From Octopus vulgaris (lineage: Eukaryota): a DNA stretch of 64,000 nucleotides. The DNA lies in contig OX597818.1 of the NCBI GenBank assembly GCA_951406725.2, positions 35,402,001-35,466,000 of the forward strand, written 5' to 3'. The notes beneath the pieces were generated by a model, which saw only the letters and a list, made by a program, of their open reading frames with translations, made no database searches and had not been told where the DNA came from. Positions 12,293-26,900 of this stretch are shown here, piece after piece. Position 1 is the first letter of the stretch. The number at the start of each line of letters is the position of its first letter. Made by a program: the position numbers and the translations under genes.

Positions 12293-13629
12293 GATAGATA
12301 GATAGATAGATATATACATAATTATTTAAATTAAAATGGAAACGATCATTTTTTTACATAATTAAGCATATCACATAATTATATGCGCTGTTTATTTGCA
12401 AAATTGCAATATGATATTAATGTATGCATAAAGTATGTAATTCTGCCATAGATGTCAACATTTATAAGTAACAATTATTTTACAGATTTATGTGTAATAT
12501 AACGAAAAGGAACAAATTTTAATTACAATGTTGCAGGGAGGCCATCTATATTTTCTCTTCCTGAATGAATAAAAATCGTTTTGATATGAACTGCGCTTGA
12601 TCAGTCAATGAAACGAGCATATAGAGCAAAAGTTAGTTTAAATATTTAAATACATGCTAGAAGAAGCAGCAACAAGATTCATAAAAAATATCAGACATAA
12701 GCAATGATCTTAAAAGTGATTCAGAAAATCATGATGACACACATGCCTCCCACGCACACTCATGAATCAATGTAATGTGCGTGTGCATATTTTCGTATGT
12801 ATATATCTGTTCTGTGTGCATATGCATACGTACATACGCGGAAATGCTAACACAAGTGTGCGAGCGAGTATAATTTATATATGAATGTTTGTATTTATTT
12901 GTGTACATGAAGATTTGTATGCCTGTATATCCATATATATTTATATATATATATGTATGTGTGTCCATACTTTTATTACTTTTATAATTTATTAATTAAC
13001 ACAATTATATTGACGTAATAGTTATTTTATATTTTTAACTGAATTATACAGAAGGAATAGTTATATTCACATTTTTATTCATTAGTGTTTTAATTTTTAT
13101 CGATAATTCACTTGTTTGTTAATTCATCAATTTACATATGAACAACGTTTCAATATTTATCTCTCTTTATTGTTTAGATACATATTCACAACTCACTTTG
13201 CCTTTTCTATTTTCAGTTGCCTGAAAGTCTTAACATCTTCAGACACGACATGAATGATACTTATGGAACAAAACTGGAGGTAAAGGAGAGTAATTTTATT
13301 CCAGCAGTTTCTATTGAACAAGGTACCTAAGTAATTTATTGAGGATTAATCGACTAGTGAGCTTTTAAGTAAAAAATAATATTTTACTTGAAAAATTATA
13401 AGATAACGTTTATCTATCAGCAAAATGTATGAAGATTATTTTAATTATTTTAAATTTTCTCTTTGTTCTATTTCCTTGTACGGTCACTATTTCCGTGTAT
13501 AGATGGTATTCCTTTGTGTAGTGACTACACACCTGTACCGTAACTATTTCCGTATGCAGTAACTAACTTTAAGGTGTTACTATTTACTTATGCAGTCAGC
13601 ATGCAGCTTCATATATTATCCCGAGCTAT

Positions 13630-13990
13630 AAGGCGGCGAGCTAGCAGAATCTTTAGCGATTCGGACATAATGCTGAGTGGCATTTCTTCCGGGTCTTTAT
13701 GTTCCGGGTTCCAATTCCGCCGCGGTCGGCCTGGCCTTTTATCCTTTCAGGATCGATAAGATAGTAACCAGTTGATCATTGGCGTCGATGTAAACAATTT
13801 ACTACCTCCCTTTAAATTATTCGTCTTGTAGCACAATTTAAAACAATTATATCGAGTGGCAAGGGCACGCATGTTAGTGATTAGTGTTAGATTCGCGATC
13901 ATGAAGTCGTGGTCTTGAATCGTGGACCGAGCGCTAGTTTGTGTCTTTGAGAAACGCACTTCACTTTACGTTGCTCCAGTCTAATCAATA
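13630..13990 (+). mobile_element. Two degenerate tRNA-derived SINE fragments
   Basis: GGCGGCGAGCTAGCAGAATC head (family of 63491) and CACTTTACGTTGCTCCAGT (family of 33801). Confidence 0.55.
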
Positions 13991-15031
13991 GTAATGTATA
14001 GTAACAAGACACTGATGTTACCCTCCTTCCAGTGGCTACATCCTCGATATTGCTCCGGGGTCACCGGTGAAAAAGCCGACCTATGTCTGCTCTTGACTAC
14101 ATAAGCACCTAAAACAATGAGAATAAGCAAAAGCGTGGTTCATGCTAGTAAGTCGTACTTACTTGCGATTGAAGACTATCACATGGTATATTTAAATAAT
14201 GACTTCAAAAGGAGTAATTATTAGGTTTTCTTCTACTTTCTGGCATTGGAATTTTTATTATTAATCGTTCGAAATACATTGACATTTTTCTTACATTAAT
14301 AAATATCGTTTAATCCAATATAGTATTAGGTACGTATTTTTGGGGAAAAAAATGTTAATCACAGATATGATTCCACGTTGCAAATTACAATGAAATAGAT
14401 ATAATAGAAATTAGAAGCATTCTCAGCGAGCAGGCATTCATAATATTGTAACATAAGCAAGATGAATTGAAATATAAATTATCTCATAACTGCAAGTTCT
14501 ATTTCCACCTGAAAAATACTCAAATGCTCTCTGGTATTTTGCAGATAGTATGTACGAAAGAAATTTTACTATTTGTTAAATAAACATCCTTTTCTGCAAA
14601 GTCATTTTTTAATTTCAATAAAAAAAGTTCAATAAAAAATACACAACAGACCAATCATGCAAGCGTAAGTATACATCATATACAACGTCACATAAATTAG
14701 GCAGATATGTTTGTTACTAATATCACTATGTCTGGAAACATTACTGTTAACATTCTTGCGATGAGTGTTAACTTTCAAACAAAATAACAAAAATCTGTTC
14801 ATAACAGTACTGATATTTAAGACGAATGAATAAAGAGGCAATGGTAGTATATAATACATATATCAGATTAAGACCCTGAAGGGACAGCACAGTTTTCATG
14901 TAGGGCTGCAACTGCAACGATTATTTATCGGAGCAATTGAAACATTTGTTAGTCTTAAATGGCATTGAATAATTATAGAATTAAAGGTAATGTCACTGCT
15001 AGTCAGGAGTTATCCTTATTTTTAACATTGT

Positions 15032-15083
<52 letters not shown>

Positions 15084-15362
15084 AAAGAATACTGTAAGGA
15101 TGAAGACAGAAACAAGTGGCCCGCAAGCGTATATATAGTGCGGAATTTGAGAGTTGCAGAGTTCGATTCTCTGTAGAAGACTGCTGGCCAATTTCGTCCG
15201 TCTTCTAAGGGTATTTACCTGATATTCTGAGCTGTCTTCACAACCATCTTGCATTCATATATGCATTCATAAATGCATACACATATGCATGCATATATAC
15301 ATACATATTTACATACATATATACATACGTACGTACATACATACATATATACATACAGACAT

Positions 15363-15590
15363 ATTGCATTAGTGCATAATTATTACGGTTTTCTTTCAAC
15401 AACTTTTATTCAACAAAAACAATAAGAATATTTATCAAAAATAACTTTAAAAGACAGTCTGACATTTTCGAAGCAAATAGAAGCAGTAATTGAAGTTGAT
15501 GGTGATTATGCTCCGGAATAATCATTTAAATATGTTTTTGTTACAAGTTGTTATTGTTTCAAATTTATTGAAAAATAGTTATGCACCATC

Positions 15591-15596
<6 letters not shown>
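15363..15596 (+). mobile_element. Internally deleted mariner (MITE-sized)
   Basis: Ends ATTGCATTAGTGCATAATTATT and rc ATTGGGATGGTGCATAACTATT resemble mariner TIRs; transposase C-terminal trace EAVIEVDGDYAPE*; TA flanks. Confidence 0.55.
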
Positions 15597-15626
<30 letters not shown>

Positions 15627-16538
15627 TGTATATATACATACACACACACATATATATATATATACATGTATATACATAGATGCGTATATATATACATACA
15701 TAAAACTATACATACATACATACGTATATATGCATACATACATATATATATATAAATACAAGCATACATATATACGTATATATGCATACATAAATACAAG
15801 CATACATATATATGTATATATGCATACACACACACATATATTTATTCATACATATGTGTATGCATACATATATATATACATAGATATATATAGATACCTA
15901 TATATACATACATATATATATACATGCATATACATATATATACATAGATATATATAGATACATACATATATATATATACATGCATATACATATATATACA
16001 TAGATATATATAGATACATATATATACATACATATATATACATGCATATACATATATATATATGATATACAGATATATATATAGATGCATATACATATAC
16101 ATACATATATATACATATATACATACATATATAGATGCATATACATATACATACATATATATACATATATAGATGCATATACATATACATACATATATAT
16201 ACATATATACACATATATACATATATATACATACATATATAGATGTATATACATATACATACATATATATACATATATATATATATACATACATATATAT
16301 ATACATACATATATAGATGCATATACATATACATACATATATATACATATATACACATATATATACATATATACACATATATATACATATATACACATAT
16401 ATACACATATATATACATATATACACATATATATACATATATACACATATATACACATATATATACATATATACACATATATACACATATATATACATAT
16501 ATACATATATATATATATACATATATAGATGCATATAC

Positions 16539-16583
<45 letters not shown>

Positions 16584-16692
16584 CATATATATACATACAT
16601 ATATACATAAATATACATATATACACTCATATATATACATATACATACATACATATATACACATATATATATACATATATACACATATATAT

Positions 16693-16735
<43 letters not shown>

Positions 16736-16764
16736 TATATGCATACATATATAGATGCATATAC

Positions 16765-16795
<31 letters not shown>

Positions 16796-16919
16796 CATAT
16801 ATATACATACATATATACATATATATACATATATACATACATATACATAAATATACATATATACACATCATTTATATACATACATACATCGACATACATA
16901 CATATACAGTACATATATG

Positions 16920-16969
<50 letters not shown>

Positions 16970-16985
16970 ATATATATATAAGATA
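15597..16985. repeat. 1.4-kb (TA)/(TACA) compound microsatellite with recurring ATAGATGCATATAC unit
   Basis: Direct reading. Confidence 0.95.
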
Positions 16986-17262
16986 TATAATATTGTTCTC
17001 CACATTCACTGTTATACTTATAAGAAAGTTGTTGATTAGTGTGTTAATAGTGACATGTGCGTATACAAATGGCACAGACATATCGGTTAAGAATCGTTTC
17101 ACAACAGGTTTTAAAAATAACAAACAATAGTCACTAATAAAGTTAGATTTCAGCATAAAATACATGTGAGTTCTCTAGACATCTGTTTATGTTACTTAAT
17201 TATCTACATTACATTCATGAGTATAGCCTCAACCACTAGGATGTCTAGAGAACTCACATGTA

Positions 17263-17354
17263 TTTTAGCTGATGAGTACGGGACACGTTTATATGCTAGT
17301 AATTTTTGCAACTTTTAATAAAACCTGTCCTTGTATGAAACGATTGTACTAAAA
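17263..17354 (+). ncRNA. Type-I hammerhead ribozyme with canonical core and long stem II
   Basis: TTTTAG-CTGATGA-GTACGGGACA...TGTCCTTGTAT-GAAA-CGATTG-TA-CTAAAA. Confidence 0.7.
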
Positions 17355-17604
17355 ACCTATCCATTCTTGTTGCTTCATTCTCGCTTAATAATCACCCCAC
17401 ATTACTGTATTGTTATATCACATACATGCAAGTACACCACACACATATATATATATATATACATTGATGTGTATGTGTGGATTTGTGTGTATATGTTATG
17501 ATTATATATATATATATACCATAAACGCAAATATATTCGGGTACGTATTGTAGTAGCGTTTTGTCACCATTGGATTATACGCACATGTTTGTGTGTGCGT
17601 ATGT

Positions 17605-17738
<134 letters not shown>

Positions 17739-17779
17739 CAAGGCTACAAAAAGGTCCTTGAGCACTACTATTTATTGAT

Positions 17780-18600
17780 GATTCTTCATAACGCTCGATA
17801 TTGAATCCAATTCTAGCCTTGTACACCGTTCATAATTACTGCGACCAGCGGGAAGAATACTGTAATTGCATCGCTCTGTAACTTGAAAATCAAAAACTTC
17901 TGAATGACAGTACAATTTTTTACACTGTGATGAACAATATAGTGTGCATAATATAACCTTCAAGCTAGTATAGTTTTGATTATTCATAATTTTCCAAGAA
18001 AGACTTCTAAGGATTAACACTCTTTAGATTTGCATTCCTGTCGAAGCATCTTATCTACTCCAATTCCTTACTGCGCACCACTGATCAAGACGTGAGCTTT
18101 TATAATCAAAGCATTTTACTCGCGAAGCCAAGATAAACTATCTATGAGGACTAGTATAGGATAAAGGAAAGTAAACGAGAACTGCATGAAAACTGTTTGG
18201 AAGACCTTAAGGCTACATATATACAATCACTTGGGATTTTTTAAATAAGGAATTGTACCAGAAGCCATAAATTGTTTCGACGTGCCAGTCTACGCAGAAG
18301 ATTTGATGGAATCAATACAGTCTCACTGTAAGTGTTTATCCATTGAACAGGCCCATAATTTGGCACAGAAACACCTCTAAAATGAGTCCGAAGACCCTAA
18401 TGCAGAGCCAGTACCATCAGAAATAATTTTCCCTATTAATTTTCTGTAAGATTATCTTGGGATAATTTATGGCGAAAGGCCCTGGCTGTGAGTGCAGTAT
18501 CAAAGCTGTTGTTGGTATCTTTTTTGTCTCGGGAGACAATGGAGTTGCGCATAAAATAATCTAGTCCAGCTTTTACATTTCATGTCTTAATACATCTCCT
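17780..18600 (-). pseudogene. Possible highly decayed LINE RT fragment
   Basis: Weak traces only: NYERCTRLELDS (resembles SYEERLKRL.L.S), SFDT (resembles AFD) and VSVPNYGP; many stops. Confidence 0.3.
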
Positions 18601-18867
18601 GCTGTGGCTGTGTAGTCCTATCCTGGACAAACAGGATCTAAAGCAAAGTATCAAAGTAAAAGAAGGTATATTGACATGATATCTCAAGAAAATGATAACA
18701 ACTTTCGAGGAGTGCTTCGAAAAGCAGTGAAGGTACAAGAAAGTAGCGTATTATGGACAATCCTTCCTAGATATAACCTCTACTTTCATATTTCCCACGC
18801 TACATTTCAAAAGAATTCATGGTAAACAGATTTTTGTATGCCAGATTGAAATTGATTAATTTAATCT

Positions 18868-19010
18868 CTTTCATAATTTTATAACATTAATTTAAACTGA
18901 TTTATAAATTTTATTACAATAATTTAACCTGTTCAATAATTTTACAGCATTCAGCCTGTTTCATAATTTTATAACATTAATTTGACGTGTTTCATAATTT
19001 CATAACATTA
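18868..19010. repeat. Degenerate minisatellite, ~31-bp unit, about 5 copies
   Basis: Recurring TTTCATAATTTTATAACATTAATTT. Confidence 0.7.
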
Positions 19011-19375
19011 GATCTTAATTGTACTTGATTTCTGATTTTATCATTAATTTAGATCACAATATAGAACATCATATTGTGTGATGCTGTCGTAAGTTTTCCG
19101 GTGGTTGGAGAAATGCAGAGAGTCTCTGGAATTTGTGCAGTTTAACGCATTCATTTGTACTCATATCCCTACTAAAGCAAGTATGTTTTCAGTGTTATAA
19201 TGAAAACCCACGCTGTTATTTAAAATAGCGCTACAATTTAGAAGGTATGTTTATAAATACATATTAACACACACACACACACGTTTGTATGAGATACATA
19301 TATATATGCATATATAATACATACATATCTGTATATCTATATCTATTTATACGTGTGTATGTGTGTATGTATATA

Positions 19376-19820
19376 TCTATTATATAAAATCCGTTCTGTC
19401 TGTCTGTGTGTGTGTCTTCTAGGATCTCGGGCATCCTCCATCGGATTGCGCTCAAATTTGATATGTAGATACCGACGGTATCACGGTGTGTAATAAGTCT
19501 TGAAAAAATTACAAAAATCGATTCCAGGTGAGAATGCGATCGATAAGGCCGTGGGAATGTACATTTGTACGCGCAAGTACATCAGCTGTTACGATCGATA
19601 CTACACGTACGCGAGAAAAATGCACTTGCAGTTTGCGCAAAAAAGCCAGCTGGCTTGAAATAATGCCACAAAATGCAGTATATTTAAGAGACCAAAGAAG
19701 TAAGATGCAAAAGAGGTATTTTCTTCAAACTTGGCATGAAGGAAGGAAAGACTATTTGGTTTCTCAAGAAGTTTTTTTTTTTACCTTAACTTCGTTTAAC
19801 AAAACCAAAACTTTCCTTTG
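19376..19820 (+). mobile_element. Helitron-like non-autonomous element, 5' portion
   Basis: A|TC start TCTATTATATAAAAT followed by (CTGT)n/(GT)n and GATTGCGCTCAAATTTG, typical of invertebrate Helitron 5' ends; 3' CTRR end not found. Confidence 0.5.
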
Positions 19821-19903
19821 ATTTCAAGATGAAACGAAGTGTTTAACTTACGAACTCCTTTTATCGTATATTGTCCATCTTTTGTCATGTATACAAGCTG
19901 CAT

Positions 19904-20470
19904 ACTGGTGCAGTTTCTTCAGGGTCTTTGCTTGATATCCTTCGATTTGACCGTTTGAAGATTTACCTTTATCTACTCTGCGTTGTATGATGTAGTCGCA
20001 AACAATCTCATTTCAATTTTTCATTGGATAATCATTTATAGTCCATTATTTCCAAACGTTCTATTGTTTAAATGGTTATTATTCACCTATACTTCGCAAA
20101 TATGAATTTCCTCATGTGCAAGCATCTCAATGCTTATTCATCTCTAAAATTTATTACATTACTCTTGGATGTGAAAATCTGGTAACATTCTTCTAAACAT
20201 AGAACACATCTATTGGTTCCAGGTCTGTAGGATTGCACGAGGAAATTCACATTTGTCAAGTATAAATGAACAACAATCACTTAAACAACAGGAGGTTTTG
20301 AAATAATGGACAATAAATGATTATATCCAATAAAAACCTGAAATTAGAGTGTTCGCGTCTAACTTAACGGACGGCTCTACATCATACAACACCAATTAAG
20401 TAAAAGAATATCTTTAAACGGTCAAATCAAAGGATATCAATTAATGACTTTAAAGAAAAACTGCACCAGT
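19904..20470. repeat. Large imperfect inverted repeat (foldback/MITE), arms of ~220-240 bp
   Basis: ACTGGTGCAG...TTGATATCCTTCGATTTGACCGTTTGAAGAT...ATGAATTTCCTC pairs with GAGGAAATTCAC...ATCTTTAAACGGTCAAATCAAAGGATATCAA...CTGCACCAGT. Confidence 0.85.
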
Positions 20471-21722
20471 TTTATAGTAGGGTTGAAACATGTGTTGGTC
20501 TCTGTAAAGGTGTATATAAATTAAAGAATTAAATGTACTTCTATGCAACTTCGTTGTAATCCTTACTATTATTTTTATTATTATTATTATTATCATTATT
20601 GTTATTATTATTAGTGATATCATATACTCCAGGAAAACTATATGATTAAGGAAATATATTCAGAAATATGCAACGGATTATACCTCTAATTTCTTATCTT
20701 ATGAGAACTTTATTGGATTTATATGTTAACTGTTGAATAACATATTCTGGGCACCTGAGAGCAAACTGGTAATCACTTTGGGTTAGTAACTTACTATCTA
20801 CAAATATATATATATATATATATACATGTGTGTGTGTGCGTGTACACCTGTGGATGTATACATATTTGTACATATTTTAATACAGAGTGAGAGAGTGAGA
20901 GAGAAAGAAGATGTTGATATACGCAGTGAGAAGAATGTTAGTAAGAGAGATCGACACAAAAAGAGTAAATTAGATAGATAAGACGGATTAGCAGATAATA
21001 CAAAATAGAAATGTAGAAACAAAACTCAAAGTGGATAATAAGGACATTTTTCATCCATTTTATGAATTTTTACGATGTTTGTTAGTTATACAACAAATGC
21101 CATTTTCAAACAAAAGAGAAAAAAGAAATAGTTTTTTTTGAGTCATAAAGAACAAGATATATATAACACACATATATATATAACATTTCAAAACATGATA
21201 CACTTTTTCCGCCATGTTCCTGGTTTTATTTATTTAGACTGTTTATTAAAATCTATATTTTGGAAGATTTCACTTTAGAGAATAAGCTGTTACATAAATC
21301 AATGTTATGCATGGTCACATTTGAAATTGTGTTAAAAGCTTTCACTTTTGTCTACAGTTAACAAATACATTTTAATGTAGTGTGTTTCAGAACTAACAAA
21401 ACTAAACCTAATTTCGGATCGCTTTGTTGCTACAAAAAGCTCAATTATTTATGTCCCCTATGGACCTTTTATCAATTACGTTGAGTTCCTAGGTGGATCT
21501 GAGCTTACGGAGAATATCAACTTACAGAGGATGTAGGCATTTTTACGGAACCTATTCACGTAATGTTTCAAGCAAAATTACAATTGTCTATATATCCGAA
21601 CGTTTATTCTGCTCTATTGGCAAATGACTAAGAACATTTGCCAATGGCTGTTTGCAGTGAAATATATAGGCAAAGAAGTGTCTATTGTAGTAATTTAGGG
21701 AAAAGAGTTCAAGTAGTTTTTC

Positions 21723-21775
<53 letters not shown>

Positions 21776-22088
21776 AAATCGATAAAGGTTGTTCATCCTT
21801 TTATCAGGCTGCGGAGAAATGGCTGAAACTTGCCCTGATAGTAATTATACAATATGTTACCTATTTATTATATAATGCATTCATACTGTGTGGACTACTA
21901 TACCAGTTGACAGGCCACTGGTATTTATAGATTGTTAAACACTTTCGGTATGCAAATTAGGGACTCCTTCATAGAGTAACTGCTGCATTTATTGGCTGCG
22001 TGTTTCTTTGGAGACTGTCAGAATAATGTGGTTGCTTCTGATAAAGTTCGAAAATCGACCAAGGCTGCTCATCATTTGTTTTTCAGTC

Positions 22089-22124
<36 letters not shown>

Positions 22125-22127
<3 letters not shown>

Positions 22128-22505
22128 TCATAGCTCTCAGTATGAGTTTAATTCGTTCCATGACCGAGCTCGTCTTACGATTTATTCGTTTACATATCAA
22201 TTTTCCCCATTGACATTAACTAAAATATAATTAATCTGTTCCATCACCACAAACCCACTCAAAAATTATTTTTTATAGGTATTAAAACAGAAAAGGTGTA
22301 GTTACAAGAAAATAACAATTATAAAAAAGAGAATGCAAAAGAAATATGTAAACTAGTTTTATTAACCGAATTATCTTAACGGTAGGACGATTTGTGTGCT
22401 CGTAAATCCGATTGCCGCTTGTACTTCAAGGCAAACATTCTCACGAGTCTCGGCTCATACAGCAAATTACTCGTACCATGGTGAACTCATACTGTGATGT
22501 TCTAC

Positions 22506-22507
<2 letters not shown>
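22125..22507. mobile_element. Tigger/pogo-like MITE
   Basis: Ends CAGTCATAGCTCTCAGTATGAGTT and rc CAGTAGAACATCACAGTATGAGTT; sits within TA runs. Confidence 0.6.
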
Positions 22508-22553
<46 letters not shown>

Positions 22554-24065
22554 GTATGCATTCTATATTATAGTTTATGTGTATTGTATTGTTAAATGAG
22601 GGAGTCTAGTAAAATGCACGAAGAGACAAATTAGAGAACGAAATAAAGTACATTTGTTGGATTAATTGCTTTATGAAATTGGTTTTTCTGCAGTTAAAAT
22701 ATTTTCAGTACATTTTTAAAAGTGTCCTATATTCTTCTGAATGCATAATTCGAGTGTTTGTTAGCATGCATCAAATTATAACGAAAATTACAAGACTTTA
22801 AAGCAATTTCAAATGTTTTCAATACATTTCATAGTGACCAATAATAAAGAGCATACATGCCACGAGTCTATGTTTTTTCACAATATATATATATATATTG
22901 GAAAAAAAACTTTCAGCAATACAGGTGAGAAATTAGGCAAAATATGTAAGGCGATACCAATACATGAAATGAAAAATAAAACGTTGTATTATTTCGGGAA
23001 ATATTTCCCTTTTCAAATGCAAGGAAGAAAAGCTTTAATTTCTTTCTTCTATTTGAAATGAGAAACATTTCCTTGAAGGATGCACGATCATTGAGCAACC
23101 TATTTAATGTCAGAAAATATCTTTTTTTCTTTTATAATATTTATTGGCATCACCTTTCATATTTCGCTTATTCTCTCAATTGCATTGCTGAAAAGTACTT
23201 TCAAACATTTTCAAACAATTCATCATTTTACACAAAGCAATGCTTCAACCAAATTACAATACTCATATATATATATAATACATATATATCAATGTTAACT
23301 AACTCTGTATTAGTTTCAAGTATGCATCAATAGTAAATACATACACATATATAAATAGCCATTTAGTCACATGACACCAAATCACCAATACTAAAACTTA
23401 CCCCATGCCATTGCTTCTTTTTGGGTTATTTTCCCTAAAAATAACCAAATAAATATGCTGAACCTTTCTCTTCAATCATTCAGTTGACCTAAAACATCAC
23501 ACAATGCCAAAGAAATCATAAATCACACCAGTAATGAAAAGCTATCTACCATTGCGAACAATTGATTTCAAGTGTCAGACATATTTGTCTCGGCTTGAGT
23601 TTCTCCTCTTAAATCCAACGCTTCACTTACTAATGCAAGAGATTGCACTAGAATAGATATAAGTTAAATTGGGGGCCCAAAAGTAACAAATATATATAAA
23701 AAAAAAACAATATTATCTTTTTTCAAAATTGGTCACGTAAATAGAACCATGAAAGAAAAATATTTCTTGAAAAAAGAATTCTCTGTTAAAAGGAAACACT
23801 TCTAGTTATTCAATCACTTGTGCAAGAGTGAATAACAGTTTTATTCTACTCTAGCGTACGTAGTATTTGAAAAATAACCGAAAATAGATCATAGAGATTC
23901 GAAGTGTAAAAACCAGTAATGCTTCAATGCTTTCTACAATTCAATCAGTTTTACTTAATACTACAAACGTAGGATTTTACAAGCGAATCTTTTTACAACT
24001 AACACTCACACGCTATGATAGGATATCAGGTGGTGAAAACAACACAATATATACAGAAACAAACT

Positions 24066-24101
<36 letters not shown>

Positions 24102-26036
24102 GAGAGAGAGAGAGGTGGGTGGGTGATGGAATCAAACCAAATACGAAGTTCTCCGATCGCTTGTCAGTGTAATGGAGACAAAAAAAAACGCCTACCAACT
24201 GAATATTCACATAAAGTTTTATTCTTTTTTTAACAGCAAAATTAGTAAAAATAAACAAAAAATATAGTTCTGAATTTAAACGCATTGTTTTTGCTAAACA
24301 CGTAATAATTAATGAAACAAGAGAGAAACTATGCAATACTTCTTTTGTTTGAAGGATATTTCCTTGTAAATCTGCCTTACAAGCTCATTCTTACTTTCAT
24401 AAGTATAACCATATGTTTAACGCACTAATTTATATTTATATTACAGTGACCAAATATGAACGTTGATTTAACAGTTGGGTTCACTGACTATGTCAAAATA
24501 TTTTCTCCAGCAACAAACCAAACAAAAGAGACACAGACCCTCGTTTTAGAGGTTAACCAAACAGTATCAGAAGCCAACTAAGGAATAAATATCTGTATCT
24601 AATCAATGAGTGTCAGAAGCCAGTGATATGGGAATATTTAGACCTGACCTGCTTAAAAAAAGCAGCCAAATTTCCTTCAAATTACATCATACTATATATT
24701 TAAAGACTGAGAACAATAGATAATTCAGTACTGTAAATGAATGTTACAGTAATCAAGGTTACAATAGTCCTATATCTACTCAATCATTCCGACATGAAGC
24801 TAAATAATAACAGCATCATCATACTGTTTTTAATCTATTACAGAGAGACAACAAGGTAACGCCGTTAGTAGGATGGTGAGAGATGTGTCGGAGAGAAACA
24901 GTGGACGCTATGCTAAGAGAAGTTAAGCTAAGTTAGTATGGGTATGAGTGTGAGTTAAGGCACTTGTAATCGTGATAGGAAGAATGAAGGACAGGGGGAA
25001 TGAACAGGTTGTAGGAAGTGATAATTGAGAAATTAGCAATTAGCGATGGGAAAACAAAAAGGCTAAGACGACAGAAATGAAAATCTGAAAAATGAAGGAA
25101 AATGTAGAAAAATGAAAAGATGACGAGAAGCTGAGACAGTTTAAACGGATGAGGTTTTAGGAGATTACATGAACAGTGAACTGAGGTTTTAATAGATTAT
25201 ATGAATAGTGAGCCAATACCTTATGTTTTTAATCTATTCAGAATAACAGCATTGATTTTTTTTTTACATAGAAACATTTTCACAAATTTGAGAGGGAGGG
25301 ATTGGCAATTTTATTCTTTTACCACTCTCAGAATGGTGAAAAAAAACAAAAATAAAAATAAGATGGCTTTGGTTAGATTCGAAATCAGAATGCAAAGAGC
25401 TGGAATAAATACGACAAAGCATTTTATCGGTACTGTTATGTATTTAAAAAGTATATTGTTATTGTTATTGTTTATGGTCAGTTCAGATTAGTTCTGATCA
25501 AGCTAACATGATCAAAGACTTTCTAAACGTGACAATATCGTATATTTTTGAGACACCTTGCATCTAGAATTCTCTCAGCTATGTCTAATGTGTCCTTCTT
25601 TTTTTTTGAGACGACAGATTGAGTTCTGAGAAAGATTTAGTTGGTTTTCTAGCAGTTTAAGCGACCAAGTGTAAACATTTTTGATGACTCGATAGACATT
25701 TATTCGTTAACACAGATGTCACACTTAGACATTTTACATATTTCATCTCTTTACTTGAAAAGCTAAATTGATCTGAAATCATAAATCTGGTACAGAAATA
25801 TTTCTAGGTGTGAAATTACAAAGTCGATAGGATATTGTCCTTTCAGACGCTGCTTTACGAGTAATTGAATTTTGGGTTGTGAGAGCGTAGCTATTGGAGT
25901 GGACGGTGGCTTGGTTCCTAATTCAATTCTATGCAATTATAGCACGGCGTAAAAATTTGGACATGTTTTCTACAATAGCATTAGGTTCACCAAAACTTTA
26001 TGAATAGAACTTTGGTGACTCAAAGCTGGTGTAATC

Positions 26037-26096
<60 letters not shown>

Positions 26097-26269
26097 ATAT
26101 ATATATATATATGAGAGATACTGCCACGCTGGAGATAGCAGCCAAAACCTGACTTTTTAAATTATAATTTTAATAATAATTATTTCCTTTGAAGGTTTTA
26201 TTCCCATGCTGACCACTTGATAAGATTGATATTTAAATTAACGATCTTATCCTTATTTATTCATATGTA

Positions 26270-26434
26270 TATCGTTAGCCACTACACACATTTTTTTCTC
26301 TCCTTGTTTTTTGTGTCCCTTTCTGTAGAAGAGCGTAGGCTCGAAAGGTAAAAGACTTTTTTCTATTCCTGAGTGTTATACTTATATATCTGTTTGTTTT
26401 GTACACCACCTGTCTTCGTCTTTTGTTTTTTTCG

Positions 26435-26437
<3 letters not shown>
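26270..26437 (+). mobile_element. Short interspersed repeat with a hammerhead-like CTGTAGA core (PLE pLTR-like); family also at 38035-38215 (+) and about 9470-9560 (-)
   Basis: CTTT-CTGTAGA-AGAGCGTAGGCTC-GAAA-GG-TA-AAAG; flanks shared among the copies. Confidence 0.65.
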
Positions 26438-26508
<71 letters not shown>

Positions 26509-26513
26509 GTATA

Positions 26514-26834
26514 TTTCATTTTCATTTTATTTTCACTTTATCTAGTTTCAGCTCACGAGGTGTGGCCATGTTGGGGCACCGCCATTCGGTGTTGCTACAT
26601 GATTTTACTTCATGAATGCTTTTTAGCAATTGACATTTGGTACATGAAAGGCTTTGATGCAGCTACCCTCATCTGCACCTCCTGTTGTGAAGTTGGTTCA
26701 TCTGCGACACCTGACAGGAAGAGGTCCAGCTTTATTTTAAAGACATCTGCATCCACCTCATGCAGGTCTCTCAGGTCCTTCGGGAGAATATTGAAGATCT
26801 GTGGACTTCTGAAGAACAGGCTATCACAGTATCT
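26514..26834 (-). mobile_element. 3' end of a CR1-group LINE, related to the element at 2961-5731
   Basis: YCDSLFFRSPQIFNILPKDLRDL...FKIKLDLFLSGVADEP C-terminus, 3' UTR GGCGGTGCCCCAACATGGCC...CTGAAAC and a (TGAAAA)-like tail. Confidence 0.8.
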
Positions 26835-26842
26835 CTCTCTCT

Positions 26843-26900
<58 letters not shown>

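Noticed and set aside
20725-20780. Possible additional hammerhead remnant (CTGTTGA...AAACTGGTA)
   Set aside because: G12 is missing and the stems are unconvincing.
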